A DNA stretch of 64,000 nt from an uncultured Verrucomicrobiota bacterium (lineage in GTDB: Bacteria; Verrucomicrobiota; Kiritimatiellia; JAAZAB01): contig CAYUHK010000004.1 of NCBI GenBank assembly GCA_964444425.1, positions 12,837 through 76,836 on the forward strand. Reading direction: 5' to 3'. This document shows, piece by piece, positions 8,913-18,036 of the stretch. The position numbers were made by a program, and so were the translations under genes. The notes under the pieces are model-generated. The model had not been told where the DNA came from. It saw only the letters and a list, made by a program, of their open reading frames with translations, and did no database searches. Position 1 is the stretch's first letter; each line of letters starts with the position of its first letter.

Positions 8913-9916
8913 CCATGTTTGCGGCGTTGGCGCAAGAGCATCAAAAAAAATGGTCCGCCGATCAAGGCGGTGATGACGCCTACCGGTATTTCCCGTGGCG
9001 CCAAGGCCGTTCTAGCTAAGGTATCGCAAAGGACCAGGAACCAGCCGCCGGCCAGGGCCGCGGCCGGCACCAGGCGGCGATGGTCTGGGCCAACCAGGCT
9101 GCGCATGTAATGGGGTACGATCAAGCCGACAAAGCCGATTAAGCCGGCCAGGCTTACCGCCGCGGCCGTGGTCAGGGTGGCCAGACCCAATCCCAAGCCA
9201 ACGGCCAACTCGGTGCGGATGCCGAGATGGTAGGCCATTTCACGGCCGAGAGTTAAGGCGTTGAGGTCGCGTGCCAGGCCCCAGATGCCCAGCATGCCGA
9301 TGGCTATCAGTAGGCTACTGATCAATAGCAACCTGGATGACATTACCTGCAGATTGCCCAGCAGCCACCAGGTTATGCTGTGCAGGCCTTCGATCGGGGC
9401 TAAGGAGATGATCAACATCAAGATGCTTGAGCACATCGCGCTGATGATAACGCCGCTAAGCAGCAGCCCGTAAATGGATGGAGCGCCGCCGTGGTGTGCC
9501 AAGAGCACCACCAGGCTAAGGGTTAAGATGGCGGCGCCGAAGGCGCTCAACGGCAGCACTCCAGTGATGGCGGCCAGACCCGATACGATCGCCAGGGCGG
9601 CGCCGAGTCCGGCGCCGCTGCTCACTCCCAGGATATAGGGGTCGGCTAAGGGGTTGCGCAATAGGGCCTGAAGAACCACTCCGGAACTGGCCAGGCCAGC
9701 GCCAACCACAAAGCCGGCGATCACGCGGTGGAGGCGCAGGGCAAGGATGGCGCGGCCTATGGCGTTGTGCCAATCCAGCTGGCTAAATCCGCCGGCGCCG
9801 AGCAAGAGGCTGGCGCCCAGGATGAGAGGCGTCAGCGTCAACAACAGCCAAACCAGCGCCGGCCGCCGCCAGCTCGCTGGGGGCATATTTTTTTTACAGC
9901 TCATGGCTAATTCCAA
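8900..9916 (-). CDS. FecCD-family ABC permease (BtuC-like)
   Basis: 338-aa polytopic membrane protein with typical FecCD/BtuC sequence (LLRNPLADPYILGVSSGA). Overlaps upstream and downstream genes, consistent with operon coupling. Confidence 0.85.
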   Translation of the reverse strand: MELAMSCKKNMPPASWRRPALVWLLLTLTPLILGASLLLGAGGFSQLDWHNAIGRAILALRLHRVIAGFVVGAGLASSGVVLQALLRNPLADPYILGVSSGAGLGAALAIVSGLAAITGVLPLSAFGAAILTLSLVVLLAHHGGAPSIYGLLLSGVIISAMCSSILMLIISLAPIEGLHSITWWLLGNLQVMSSRLLLISSLLIAIGMLGIWGLARDLNALTLGREMAYHLGIRTELAVGLGLGLATLTTAAAVSLAGLIGFVGLIVPHYMRSLVGPDHRRLVPAAALAGGWFLVLCDTLARTALAPREIPVGVITALIGGPFFLMLLRQRRKHGWLE

Positions 9917-9927
9917 TTAGTTTGCTT

Positions 9928-10950
9928 TCAGTTTAGCGCAGCGGGTTTGTAAAAGCAGCATTTTTTAGTGTCGCGCCGTGCCGCGCCGGCGCCTAAGGGG
10001 CCGGGCTTGAAGGGGCTTTGGCCACTTGGGCGGATATCATCCTCTATGCATTGGCGCAGGGCGGCAATGCCTTCTAGCACCCTGGGACCCGGGCGCAAAA
10101 TGGCGTTATTATCCAAGCCGCCATAAACGCGCTGATTTTTTACCGCTTGGCTGGCGGCCCAGCCTATTTGTTTGGAGAGGCCCCAGGCCGACTCCTGGTT
10201 CTCGCGCTCAACCTGAGCCATATCAAGGCAAATGATGATATCCGGATTTTGTTTAAGCACCCATTCGGGTGCAACGGTGAAATAATCGCGCGCGGTTATG
10301 CTGTTGCCAATATTGCAGCCGCCAGCTAAATCAATCAGGTCGGCCACAAAGGAACCTTGGCCCACCGTGGTAAGGGGATCGTTCCAAATCCTTACGAAAA
10401 CCGTGGGCGCTGTTTGGCCGGCCAGCTGGCGTTCCGTCCTTGCGCTGCGGAGCTCGGCCAGGCCCCTTTGAATTGTTTCCGCCAAGGCTTGAGCCTTGGT
10501 TGGCGTATGGGTGAGGTCGCCAACCTGGCGAATGGCTCGGGGTATATCGTCTAACTTGGCACAGGCGATCTGCTGGTGGCGCAGGCCGATTTGTGCGAAC
10601 ATGTCTCTCAGGGCTTTATCCTCCAAATCAACTTCCAGGACCAGGGTCGGCTGCAGCCGCAGCAGGGCATCTAGGGTCGGCGCGCCAAAGCCGCCGACGA
10701 TCGGGATGGCCTTTACTTGATCGGGTGGGTAATCGCAAGCGCTGGTGCGACCGACCAATTGGGTTCCGGCGCCGATGGCATAGATGATTTCCGTCAAGCT
10801 AGGCGCCAGCGAGATCACCCTTGGGGCTGATTGATCACTTGAGGGCGCCCGCGCCGGTTGACAACTGGTCAATAGGATTAGGCCTATCAAGAGCAGAGCG
10901 TTGGCAACAGCTCGGGCTACTCCGGCGCTTAGGCTAGAAGCTAAATGCAT
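9928..10950 (-). CDS. periplasmic binding protein (BtuF-like, cobalamin/iron-complex family), lipoprotein
   Basis: 340 aa with signal peptide and lipobox LLTSC. PBP class III fold motifs (VISLAPSLTEIIYAIGAG..LVG). Sits between the FecCD permease and cobS. Confidence 0.8.
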   Translation of the reverse strand: MHLASSLSAGVARAVANALLLIGLILLTSCQPARAPSSDQSAPRVISLAPSLTEIIYAIGAGTQLVGRTSACDYPPDQVKAIPIVGGFGAPTLDALLRLQPTLVLEVDLEDKALRDMFAQIGLRHQQIACAKLDDIPRAIRQVGDLTHTPTKAQALAETIQRGLAELRSARTERQLAGQTAPTVFVRIWNDPLTTVGQGSFVADLIDLAGGCNIGNSITARDYFTVAPEWVLKQNPDIIICLDMAQVERENQESAWGLSKQIGWAASQAVKNQRVYGGLDNNAILRPGPRVLEGIAALRQCIEDDIRPSGQSPFKPGPLGAGAARRDTKKCCFYKPAALN

Positions 10951-11788
10951 GAATCACCTTTGCATAGGGGGCCAGGGCTGCCAGAGTGAATAGCAGGATG
11001 CACTCGCTGGTTTCGTTGGCCAGGCCCAATAGATCTCCCGTTACCCCTCCGAAAGAGCGTCGCATCCAACTAGCCAAGGGCCAGCCCAACAGGCCAGCCA
11101 GAAGAAGGATTAAGCCGCCCGCCCAACCTAGCAGCAACAGGCTAAGCAGCAACGCCAGGCCGGCGGCACCAAGCAAGTGTTTGGGCCGAGCCTGTTTAAC
11201 GAAAGCGCCGGCGCCGCCGCCTTCGGCGCGAGCATAGGGCAAGGTTACCGCCAGTAGCACCATGATCAGGCGCGAGAGTATAAAGGGTATGGGCATCCAG
11301 GTCCATTGGCCCAGTTGGACCAATTGGGCTAGGGCGATTGTTTTAAGCAGTAAGGCCGCGGCTATGGCTGTAGCGCCAAAGGCCCCCAGATGGTGATCCT
11401 TCATTATGGCCAGCATGCGCTCACGCGGGCGCCCGGGGGCATAGGCATCGGCGCTATCGCCCAGGCCATCGAGATGCAATCCGCCGGTGATCCAGGCCAG
11501 CAGAATCACGCCAGCGGCGGCCGCGCCGTTGGGCCAGCCGAGCCAAGCACCGATCAGCCAGGTTAGCCCGGTCAATAATCCGCCGATCAGGGCACCGACC
11601 AGGGGGAAAAATATCAAGGCGTCGGTTAGGCGGGTTGAGTCTTGGCCTGGCAGCCTGAGAATGGTTAAGGTTTTACATGCCGTTATTAATCCGTTCAGCA
11701 GCATAGCTAAACTCCCGCTCAGTTGAGCCAATTCGCCCTCCAGCTTATATTGAAGCAGGGCCTGCTTGCAAACCAGAAAGTCGGCCAA
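10934..11788 (-). CDS. cobS: adenosylcobinamide-GDP ribazoletransferase (cobalamin synthase)
   Basis: Polytopic membrane protein with CobS signatures (GGLHLDGLGDSADA, GGVTGDLLGL). The true start may be the internal Met at about 11704 (MLLNGLITA...), based on comparison with E. coli CobS length. Confidence 0.8.
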   Translation of the reverse strand: MADFLVCKQALLQYKLEGELAQLSGSLAMLLNGLITACKTLTILRLPGQDSTRLTDALIFFPLVGALIGGLLTGLTWLIGAWLGWPNGAAAAGVILLAWITGGLHLDGLGDSADAYAPGRPRERMLAIMKDHHLGAFGATAIAAALLLKTIALAQLVQLGQWTWMPIPFILSRLIMVLLAVTLPYARAEGGGAGAFVKQARPKHLLGAAGLALLLSLLLLGWAGGLILLLAGLLGWPLASWMRRSFGGVTGDLLGLANETSECILLFTLAALAPYAKVIHAFSF

Positions 11789-11799
11789 GCCCCAGCGGC

Positions 11800-12864
11800 T
11801 CAGGCGCCCGGGGCGATGCCGGCCTCAGCAAAACTGGCCATGTGATTATAGATTGCTAAGGCATCCTCGATTATTTGTATGGCGATGACTGCGCCGGTGC
11901 CTTCGCCCAGGCGCAGACCTAGGTCCACTAACGGCCGGAGATTCTCTCGCGCAAAAAAGATCCGGTGTCCTGGTTCGGCGCTCATGTGGGCGAAGAAAAG
12001 ATAATCCCTTACGGCGGGACAAATCCGCATGGCCGCCAGCGCGCCGGCACTGGCAATGAAGCCATCTACCACCACCGGGCGGGCCTGGGCGGCGCCCCCC
12101 AAGCATAGGCCGCAGATGCCGGCTATTTCTAAGCCACCCAGCGCCGCTAGCGTTCCCAGGGCGTCTTGGCAAAGGGGGCGGTTGCGCGCGATGGCCTGAT
12201 CCACCACTTCTATTTTATGATTGACACCGGAGACGTCGAGGCCGGTGCCCGGGCCAACGGTTTGGCTGGCCGGCAGGTTTAAGAAGGCCGAAAACAAGGC
12301 GGCCGCTGAGGTGGTATTACCGATGCCCATGTCGCCGGTAGCCAGCAGGGCAATGCGTTGCCGGGCTGTCTGCTCGGCCTGTTTAATGCCCACGGCTATG
12401 GCTTTTAAGGCCTGGTCGGGAGTCATGGCAGGCCCTTGCGCGATGTTGTCGGTTCCGCGTTTAACATTGCATCTTTGCAGGCCCTTGACCCGGCCCAGAT
12501 CTTGGGCCATGCCGATATCAATGATTTTAATTTTGACGCCGGCTTGGCGAGCCAAGACATTGATGGCCGCAGCGCCACCCAGAAAAGATTTTACCATCAG
12601 AGCGGTAACGGTGGAGGGATAGGCGCTGATGCCTTCCTGGACTACGCCATGGTCGCCGGCGAACACGAAGACATGCTTGCTTGCCAGGCGCGGGCTTTCT
12701 TGCGGGAGCATGGCTGCGCAGCGCGCGGCGATCTCCTCGAGATATCCCAGACTGCGGCGCGGCTTGGCCAGGGCATCCAGGCGCTGAAAGGCCCGCGCCA
12801 GCGCGGCCGGGGCTATCGGTCGGATGCGGCTGATGGTTTGTTCGAGCAAAGCGGCGGAGCGCAT
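11800..12864 (-). CDS. cobT: nicotinate-nucleotide--dimethylbenzimidazole phosphoribosyltransferase
   Basis: 354 aa with CobT-family motifs (FAGDHGV, GDMGIGNTTSAAA, GGLEIAG). Confidence 0.85.
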   Translation of the reverse strand: MRSAALLEQTISRIRPIAPAALARAFQRLDALAKPRRSLGYLEEIAARCAAMLPQESPRLASKHVFVFAGDHGVVQEGISAYPSTVTALMVKSFLGGAAAINVLARQAGVKIKIIDIGMAQDLGRVKGLQRCNVKRGTDNIAQGPAMTPDQALKAIAVGIKQAEQTARQRIALLATGDMGIGNTTSAAALFSAFLNLPASQTVGPGTGLDVSGVNHKIEVVDQAIARNRPLCQDALGTLAALGGLEIAGICGLCLGGAAQARPVVVDGFIASAGALAAMRICPAVRDYLFFAHMSAEPGHRIFFARENLRPLVDLGLRLGEGTGAVIAIQIIEDALAIYNHMASFAEAGIAPGA

Positions 12865-12908
12865 AGGCGGTTTTCTCTTTATGACATGGCCTCCATGAGC
12901 ATAGCAGC

Positions 12909-13442
12909 TTATTTTGGCAAGGCGCCTTTCAAGGCCAGCGGCAGACCGGCTACTACCAGCACCACATTGGTTGCCAGCGCTGCCAGATCTTGATTGAACC
13001 AGCCAGCCAGGTCGCGGAAGCTGCGGCCCAATTCATGTTCCGGCACAATGCCCATGCCGACTTCATTACTTACCAAAATCAGGTTTTGCCGGCAGGCTCC
13101 CAGGGCCTCCAGCAGGGTCTGGCGCCTTTTAGGATAAGAGTCCAGGCCTTCTTTTAAAATGACGTTGGTTAGCCAGAGGGTTAGGCAATCTACCAGCAGG
13201 CCATCGCCATCGGCGCTAGCCAGGGCCGCTGCCAGTTCCAAAGGTTCCTCGCGACAGCGCCAGTGCGCGCCACGCGCTTGGCGATGGGCCTGAACCCGCC
13301 GGGCCATTTCGGCATCCTTAACCTCGGCAGTGGCCAGGTAAAGGGGCCGCTGCCAATGACGCTCGGCCAAGCGCAAGGCATAGTTGCTTTTCCCGCTGCG
13401 GGCGCCGCCCAGCACCAACACGCGCATTAAGTTAGCAGGCAT
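12909..13442 (-). CDS. cobU: bifunctional adenosylcobinamide kinase / adenosylcobinamide-phosphate guanylyltransferase
   Basis: 177 aa with P-loop GGARSGKS at the N-terminus, typical CobU/CobP size and sequence. Confidence 0.85.
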   Translation of the reverse strand: MPANLMRVLVLGGARSGKSNYALRLAERHWQRPLYLATAEVKDAEMARRVQAHRQARGAHWRCREEPLELAAALASADGDGLLVDCLTLWLTNVILKEGLDSYPKRRQTLLEALGACRQNLILVSNEVGMGIVPEHELGRSFRDLAGWFNQDLAALATNVVLVVAGLPLALKGALPK

Positions 13443-14284
13443 TGTGATAACCTCTTTAGCGACTGCTGCAAAGCCTTGGCATTAAATAGCTCCAGTGTCA
13501 GGACGCCGTTAAAATTGTCAATAGAATTCAAAAACTGCTGCAGCCAGCCAGCCGGCCGGTCGGGCAGGGGTTGATGGTCGCGCCCGGCCTTGACGCCATG
13601 CAAATGAATCACTCGGGTGCGCTCGGCATAGCCTTGGTAATGGCGGCAAAGGGCGCCGCCGGCCAGCTGGAGATGGCCGGTATCCAGGCAGACTCCCAGT
13701 CCAAAAAGTTCTAGAAAAACCTCGCACCAGGCAAAGGGGTAAGCCAAGTTTTCCAGACAGAGTTGCCCGGGCATATCCAGCTGATCGCAGATAGCAGGGA
13801 GCAGCTGGGCGATGCGGCCCTGCCAGTTTTTGACGCTGCTAGCCTTGGCCTCAGGCGCTATGCCCTCTAGATGCAGGATATAGGCATAGGGCCGCAGCGG
13901 CCTAACCCGCTTGATGATTTTGATGATCTGGCCTAGCAGCTCCCTGCGTTCGGCTGGCTGGGCGGAGCCCAATTGACGATCGATCGGCAAGTGAATGGTG
14001 TAGGTCAAGGAATGTTCGGCGGCGAGTTGGCCCAGCAGCGCGATGGTCTTAGGCGTTGGTATAGCCTGGCGGGTTTTCGATTCAAAAAGGATTAACTCGA
14101 TATCATCCAAGCCCGGTGCCAAGGCCCGCACGTTAGTCAATATGTCAGCTGGGTAGACGTAGGAAGGCGCGCCCAATCGAAAATGGTGTTTAGCCGGGAA
14201 GGGCGGCAAGGGCAAAAATTGCCTGGCTGTATTCGAGCGTGGGCCGGGCACGGTTTTTTCAGATTCCAACATCTGGCTGATCAA
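13427..14284 (-). CDS. cbiR: xylose-isomerase-like TIM-barrel protein, candidate cobamide-remodelling phosphodiesterase (CbiR-like)
   Basis: 285-aa AP-endonuclease-2/xylose-isomerase-like barrel (HLEG, LDTGH, IHLHG metal-ligand-like motifs). First gene of the cobU-cobT-cobS-btuFCD operon, overlapping cobU by 16 nt. The cbiR assignment is by family plus context only. Confidence 0.5.
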   Translation of the reverse strand: MISQMLESEKTVPGPRSNTARQFLPLPPFPAKHHFRLGAPSYVYPADILTNVRALAPGLDDIELILFESKTRQAIPTPKTIALLGQLAAEHSLTYTIHLPIDRQLGSAQPAERRELLGQIIKIIKRVRPLRPYAYILHLEGIAPEAKASSVKNWQGRIAQLLPAICDQLDMPGQLCLENLAYPFAWCEVFLELFGLGVCLDTGHLQLAGGALCRHYQGYAERTRVIHLHGVKAGRDHQPLPDRPAGWLQQFLNSIDNFNGVLTLELFNAKALQQSLKRLSQCLLT

Positions 14285-14596
14285 ACCCTGGGATTAATTT
14301 TATAGATTGAAAGGATAGGGCCCTTCCAGCTGATAGTGTAAGCCGGGTCGGCTGGGATAGCGCTGGCCCGTCCGCATAGGCATTCCGATCAAAAGCATTT
14401 TAAGGTATTGAGTAAAACAGGTCCCCGCGCCGCCCAAATCACGCTCAAGGTTTCTTACATATTGCAGGGCTAGGTGCGAGTGCCAAGGCAAATTAACAAA
14501 CAGCAGCCAGCAGAGCAAGGGCTTATAGGGGCCTATCAAGCCAGGCGCGACTAAGAGGGTTTAAATAGTTTTAAGGCCATGCTATAGTTTAGCCCC
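14285..14596 (-). promoter_or_regulatory. long 5' leader of the cobamide operon; candidate cobalamin riboswitch (unverified)
   Basis: 312-nt non-coding leader between divergent tatD and the cbiR-like gene. Contains GC-rich helices and a CACUAUCAGCUGGAAGGGCC segment loosely resembling the GCCACUG...GGGAAGGC region of cobalamin riboswitches. A covariance-model search was not possible here. Confidence 0.3.
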
Positions 14597-15409
14597 ATGA
14601 ATATATCGCCGCCAGCGCCAAGCCATTTATTCGACAGCCATGTTCATTTTCAAGGCTTGCTTGAGAAAAACAACCTGGCTGCTGCTGCCATCATAGTTCG
14701 CGCGGCGGCCCAGGGGGTTGAGCGCATGATAGCTGTAGGCGGCGCGCCGGACAGCAATCAGCAGGCCTGCGACATTGCTCGGGAGCATCCGCGCCAAGTC
14801 CGCGCCGCGGTTGGTATTAATCGAGATCAGGCCCTTACGGATTGGTCGGAGGCTGCTCTAGAGCAATTGGCTTTGGCTCCGGAAACGGTGGCCTTGGGAG
14901 AAATCGGTTTAGATTTTCATCATGAATCCGCCACGCGCGCCGCGCAGCTGGTCTTGTTTGAGCGCATGCTAGCGCTAGCCCGCCAGCAGCGCTTGCCGGT
15001 TATTATTCATAGCCGTGCGGCGGAAGCAGCTACTAGCGCTTTATTGGAGCAACATGTTCGGGCTTGGCCTGGTGCACCCGATCAGGTTGGAGTACAGCAT
15101 TGTTTCAGCGGCAGTCGTGATTTTGCTGAACGTTTGTTGGAGCTTGGTTTTTTTATCAGTTTCAGCGGCATAGTTACTTTCAAAAACGCTGGCGCCTTAC
15201 GGGAGATAGCCGCTATGATTCCAGCTGAGCGGCTGCTCATCGAAACCGACGCGCCCTGGCTGACGCCGGAGCCCTGGCGCGGCCGGCCCAATGAGCCGGC
15301 CAATGTCCATCGGGTGGCCGAGGAACTGGCCCGTATTCGCAATCAGCCGCTTAGCGAGATAGCGCTGATCACCTATCGCAACGCCGTGCGGCTCTTTGGC
15401 ATTGAATAG
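14597..15409 (+). CDS. tatD: TatD-family metal-dependent hydrolase/DNase
   Basis: 270 aa with HVHF metal-binding start, ETDAP motif and typical TatD length. Confidence 0.85.
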   Translation: MNISPPAPSHLFDSHVHFQGLLEKNNLAAAAIIVRAAAQGVERMIAVGGAPDSNQQACDIAREHPRQVRAAVGINRDQALTDWSEAALEQLALAPETVALGEIGLDFHHESATRAAQLVLFERMLALARQQRLPVIIHSRAAEAATSALLEQHVRAWPGAPDQVGVQHCFSGSRDFAERLLELGFFISFSGIVTFKNAGALREIAAMIPAERLLIETDAPWLTPEPWRGRPNEPANVHRVAEELARIRNQPLSEIALITYRNAVRLFGIE

Positions 15410-15430
15410 GCTGGCCAGCCGCTTGATAAT

Positions 15431-16366
15431 GTGCCATCATTTTATTCTTCTTCTTCGGCTAAGCTGAAAGCGTTCAAGCAGATGCAGGCGAACTGGCAGG
15501 CTAGTATAGTGGAGCTGATCCGGCGGACATCAACGGTATTGCCGCGTGATGTCGTTGCCGCTCTGCAGCGCGCTCGGCGCCGTGAGCAACCTGGCACATC
15601 GGCGCGCTGGGCTTTAGATACGATCCTTCATAACGTTGATTTAGCACGCCAGCGCTCAGCGCCACTTTGTCAAGATACGGGAGCCTTGCTGTTTTATTGT
15701 CGGGTGCCGGCCTGTTACGATGTCTTGGCCCTAACCAACCATATCCGCTGGGCAACGCGCCAGGCCACCCGCTTGGGCTATCTGCGCCAAAACACGTTAG
15801 ATGGGCTTACTGGAAAAACTTGTCTTGGCAACGTCGGCTGGGGCGCGCCGGTGATCCATTATAAGGCTAGTCGGCGGCGCGCAGTAGAAATCAGGCTGAT
15901 TATGAAGGGCGGTGGCAGCGAGAATGTCAGCCTTCAATATAGTCTGCCAGATATGCGGTTAAATGCCGGCCGCGATTTGGATGGGGTACGGCGTTGTGCG
16001 TTGGATGCCGTCTGGCGTGCTCAGGGCAATGGCTGTGCTCCGGGGGTATTAGCTCTGGGAATCGGTGGCGATCGCGCCAGCGGTGCAGAATTGGCCAAGG
16101 AGCAGTTATTGCGGCCTTTGCATAGCCCAGCCGCCGATCGTCAGCTGGCTCGCTGGGAACGGCGTATTTTGCGGGAGGCCAATCAAATTGGGATTGGTCC
16201 GATGGGGTTTGGCGGGAGCACAACGCTTTTGGGGGTTAAAATTGGCGTCGCTAGCCGTTTGCCGGCCTGTTATTTCGTGAGCGTGAGCTATATGTGCTGG
16301 GCCTTGCGTCGGCGCGGTGTGCTTCTGGGTTTGGATGGTCTGGCCCGGCGCTGGCTTTATCCATAG
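15431..16366 (+). CDS. Fe-S hydro-lyase, tartrate/fumarate subfamily, alpha subunit (class I fumarate hydratase N-terminal-type)
   Basis: 311 aa containing the CQDTG cysteine-ligand motif of class I fumarase / L(+)-tartrate dehydratase alpha subunits. Confidence 0.75.
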   Translation: MPSFYSSSSAKLKAFKQMQANWQASIVELIRRTSTVLPRDVVAALQRARRREQPGTSARWALDTILHNVDLARQRSAPLCQDTGALLFYCRVPACYDVLALTNHIRWATRQATRLGYLRQNTLDGLTGKTCLGNVGWGAPVIHYKASRRRAVEIRLIMKGGGSENVSLQYSLPDMRLNAGRDLDGVRRCALDAVWRAQGNGCAPGVLALGIGGDRASGAELAKEQLLRPLHSPAADRQLARWERRILREANQIGIGPMGFGGSTTLLGVKIGVASRLPACYFVSVSYMCWALRRRGVLLGLDGLARRWLYP

Positions 16367-16393
16367 TTCCCTACGCGGCCGAAAACATGCGTT

Positions 16394-16960
16394 ATGCAAA
16401 TAATCTATCCATTTAACCGCCAGCAGATTTTGAAACTGGTTGTGGGCGAGCAGGTATTGATCAGCGGCCGAATATTTACTGGCCGCGATCGGCTGCATCG
16501 CTTCTTGGCGGAAAATAAAAAATTACCGGTTAACCTGCGCTGCGGAGCACTCTATCATTGCGGTCCCTTAATCATTCGTCGCCGCGGGCAATGGCAGCTG
16601 CGTTCGGCGGGACCCACCACCTCGATCCGCACTGAGGCCTATATGCCGATGATCATTCGGCGCTACGGATTGAGTGTCATCATCGGCAAGGGCGGCATGG
16701 GTCCGGGCACCCGGCAGGCTTGCGCCAAATATGGCTGCGTCTATCTCCATGCTGTAGGCGGCGCCGCCCAGATTTTGGCCGATAAGGTAGCCAGAGTGCT
16801 GGGGGTTAATTTTCTGGATAGTTTTGGGTCAACCGAGGCCATGTGGGAATTGATGGTCAAAGATTTCCCGGCGCTGGTAACCATAGATGCCCGCGGCAAT
16901 AGCTTACATGAGCAAGTTGCGGCGCGCTCCGCTAGCCAGCTGGGCAAGCTTTTGGAGTAG
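16394..16960 (+). CDS. Fe-S hydro-lyase, tartrate/fumarate subfamily, beta subunit
   Basis: 188 aa resembling FumA C-terminal / TtdB domain (GRIFTGRD, GKGGMG), located directly downstream of the alpha subunit. Confidence 0.75.
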   Translation: MQIIYPFNRQQILKLVVGEQVLISGRIFTGRDRLHRFLAENKKLPVNLRCGALYHCGPLIIRRRGQWQLRSAGPTTSIRTEAYMPMIIRRYGLSVIIGKGGMGPGTRQACAKYGCVYLHAVGGAAQILADKVARVLGVNFLDSFGSTEAMWELMVKDFPALVTIDARGNSLHEQVAARSASQLGKLLE

Positions 16961-17070
16961 CCGACTGGACGATGCTGGCATAAGCCTCCAGCGGCCGCCA
17001 ATGAGCTCAGCCTGTATGCCTGGGTGCATTCGGGCTGGCAGGCTATTTTTATCATAAAAGAGGATATTTT

Positions 17071-18036
17071 ATGCGTATAGTTTTCATGGGCTCGGCTGAG
17101 CTGGCCTGTTGCTCACTGGATAGTTTACTAGCCAGTCCGGCGGACAGGCTGGTGGGGGTGATCGCTCAGCCAGATCGACCCAAAGGGCGCACCCTGCAGC
17201 TGGCGGCATGTCCGGTGCGCGCCCACATCGGTCGGCGCCAGATTCCGGTTTTAACCCCAGTATCCGTCAATACGCCTGAGAGCCAGCAAGCGATAAAGGC
17301 GCTGGCGCCGGACTTGATCGTGGTGGTGGCCTACGGACAAATTTTAAAACCAGCCCTGCTGGATATTCCGCCGCGCGGCTGCGTCAATCTGCATGCATCT
17401 TTGTTGCCGCGCTATCGCGGCGCCGCGCCGATCCAATGGGCCATCGCGCGTGGGGAGCGGCGCACCGGCGTGACCACCATGTTTCTCAATGCGGCCATGG
17501 ATGCCGGCGATATCATTGATCAGATCGAGGAGCCGATCCATGTCGATGATACGGCTGGGACTCTTCATGAGCGCCTGGCCAGTTTAGGCGCTCAACTGCT
17601 GCTTCGCAGCCTGGATGCTATTCGTCAAGGCACTGCCCGCCGCCTAGTCCAGGATCATGCCGCCGCCACCTACGCACCCAAGCTTAAAAAGAGCGATGGC
17701 TATCTGGACTGGCGGCGGCCGGCTATTGAGCTTTATAACCGCATTCGCGGGTTTAACCCATGGCCGGGCTCTTATTTTGAACTGGGCCGGCCAGGTTTGG
17801 GCAGTGGCGCGATCAAGGTACTGCAAGCCAGCGTCGTGCCGGCGCCGGGCGCGGCGCGGGGCCAACCCGGGGAAGTGCTGGCCCTATCGTCGGCTGGGCC
17901 GGTGGTGCAAACCGGGGAGCAAGCTTTATGCCTATTGGAACTACAACCAGCTGGTCGTAAGGCCATGAGCGCAAACGCCTTTCTTTGTGGCCATCCCTTA
18001 AAGGTTGGCACGCGCCTGGCCTTAATGAAAACCTAA
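17071..18036 (+). CDS. fmt: methionyl-tRNA formyltransferase
   Basis: 321 aa starting MRIVFMGS, with formyl-transferase motif NLHASLLPRYRGAAPIQWAI and a C-terminal Fmt domain. Confidence 0.9.
   Translation: MRIVFMGSAELACCSLDSLLASPADRLVGVIAQPDRPKGRTLQLAACPVRAHIGRRQIPVLTPVSVNTPESQQAIKALAPDLIVVVAYGQILKPALLDIPPRGCVNLHASLLPRYRGAAPIQWAIARGERRTGVTTMFLNAAMDAGDIIDQIEEPIHVDDTAGTLHERLASLGAQLLLRSLDAIRQGTARRLVQDHAAATYAPKLKKSDGYLDWRRPAIELYNRIRGFNPWPGSYFELGRPGLGSGAIKVLQASVVPAPGAARGQPGEVLALSSAGPVVQTGEQALCLLELQPAGRKAMSANAFLCGHPLKVGTRLALMKT

Noticed and set aside
14300-14539. 79-aa ORF inside the cobamide-operon leader
   Set aside because: It has no RBS, lies within the probable structured 5' UTR and has no protein-like features.
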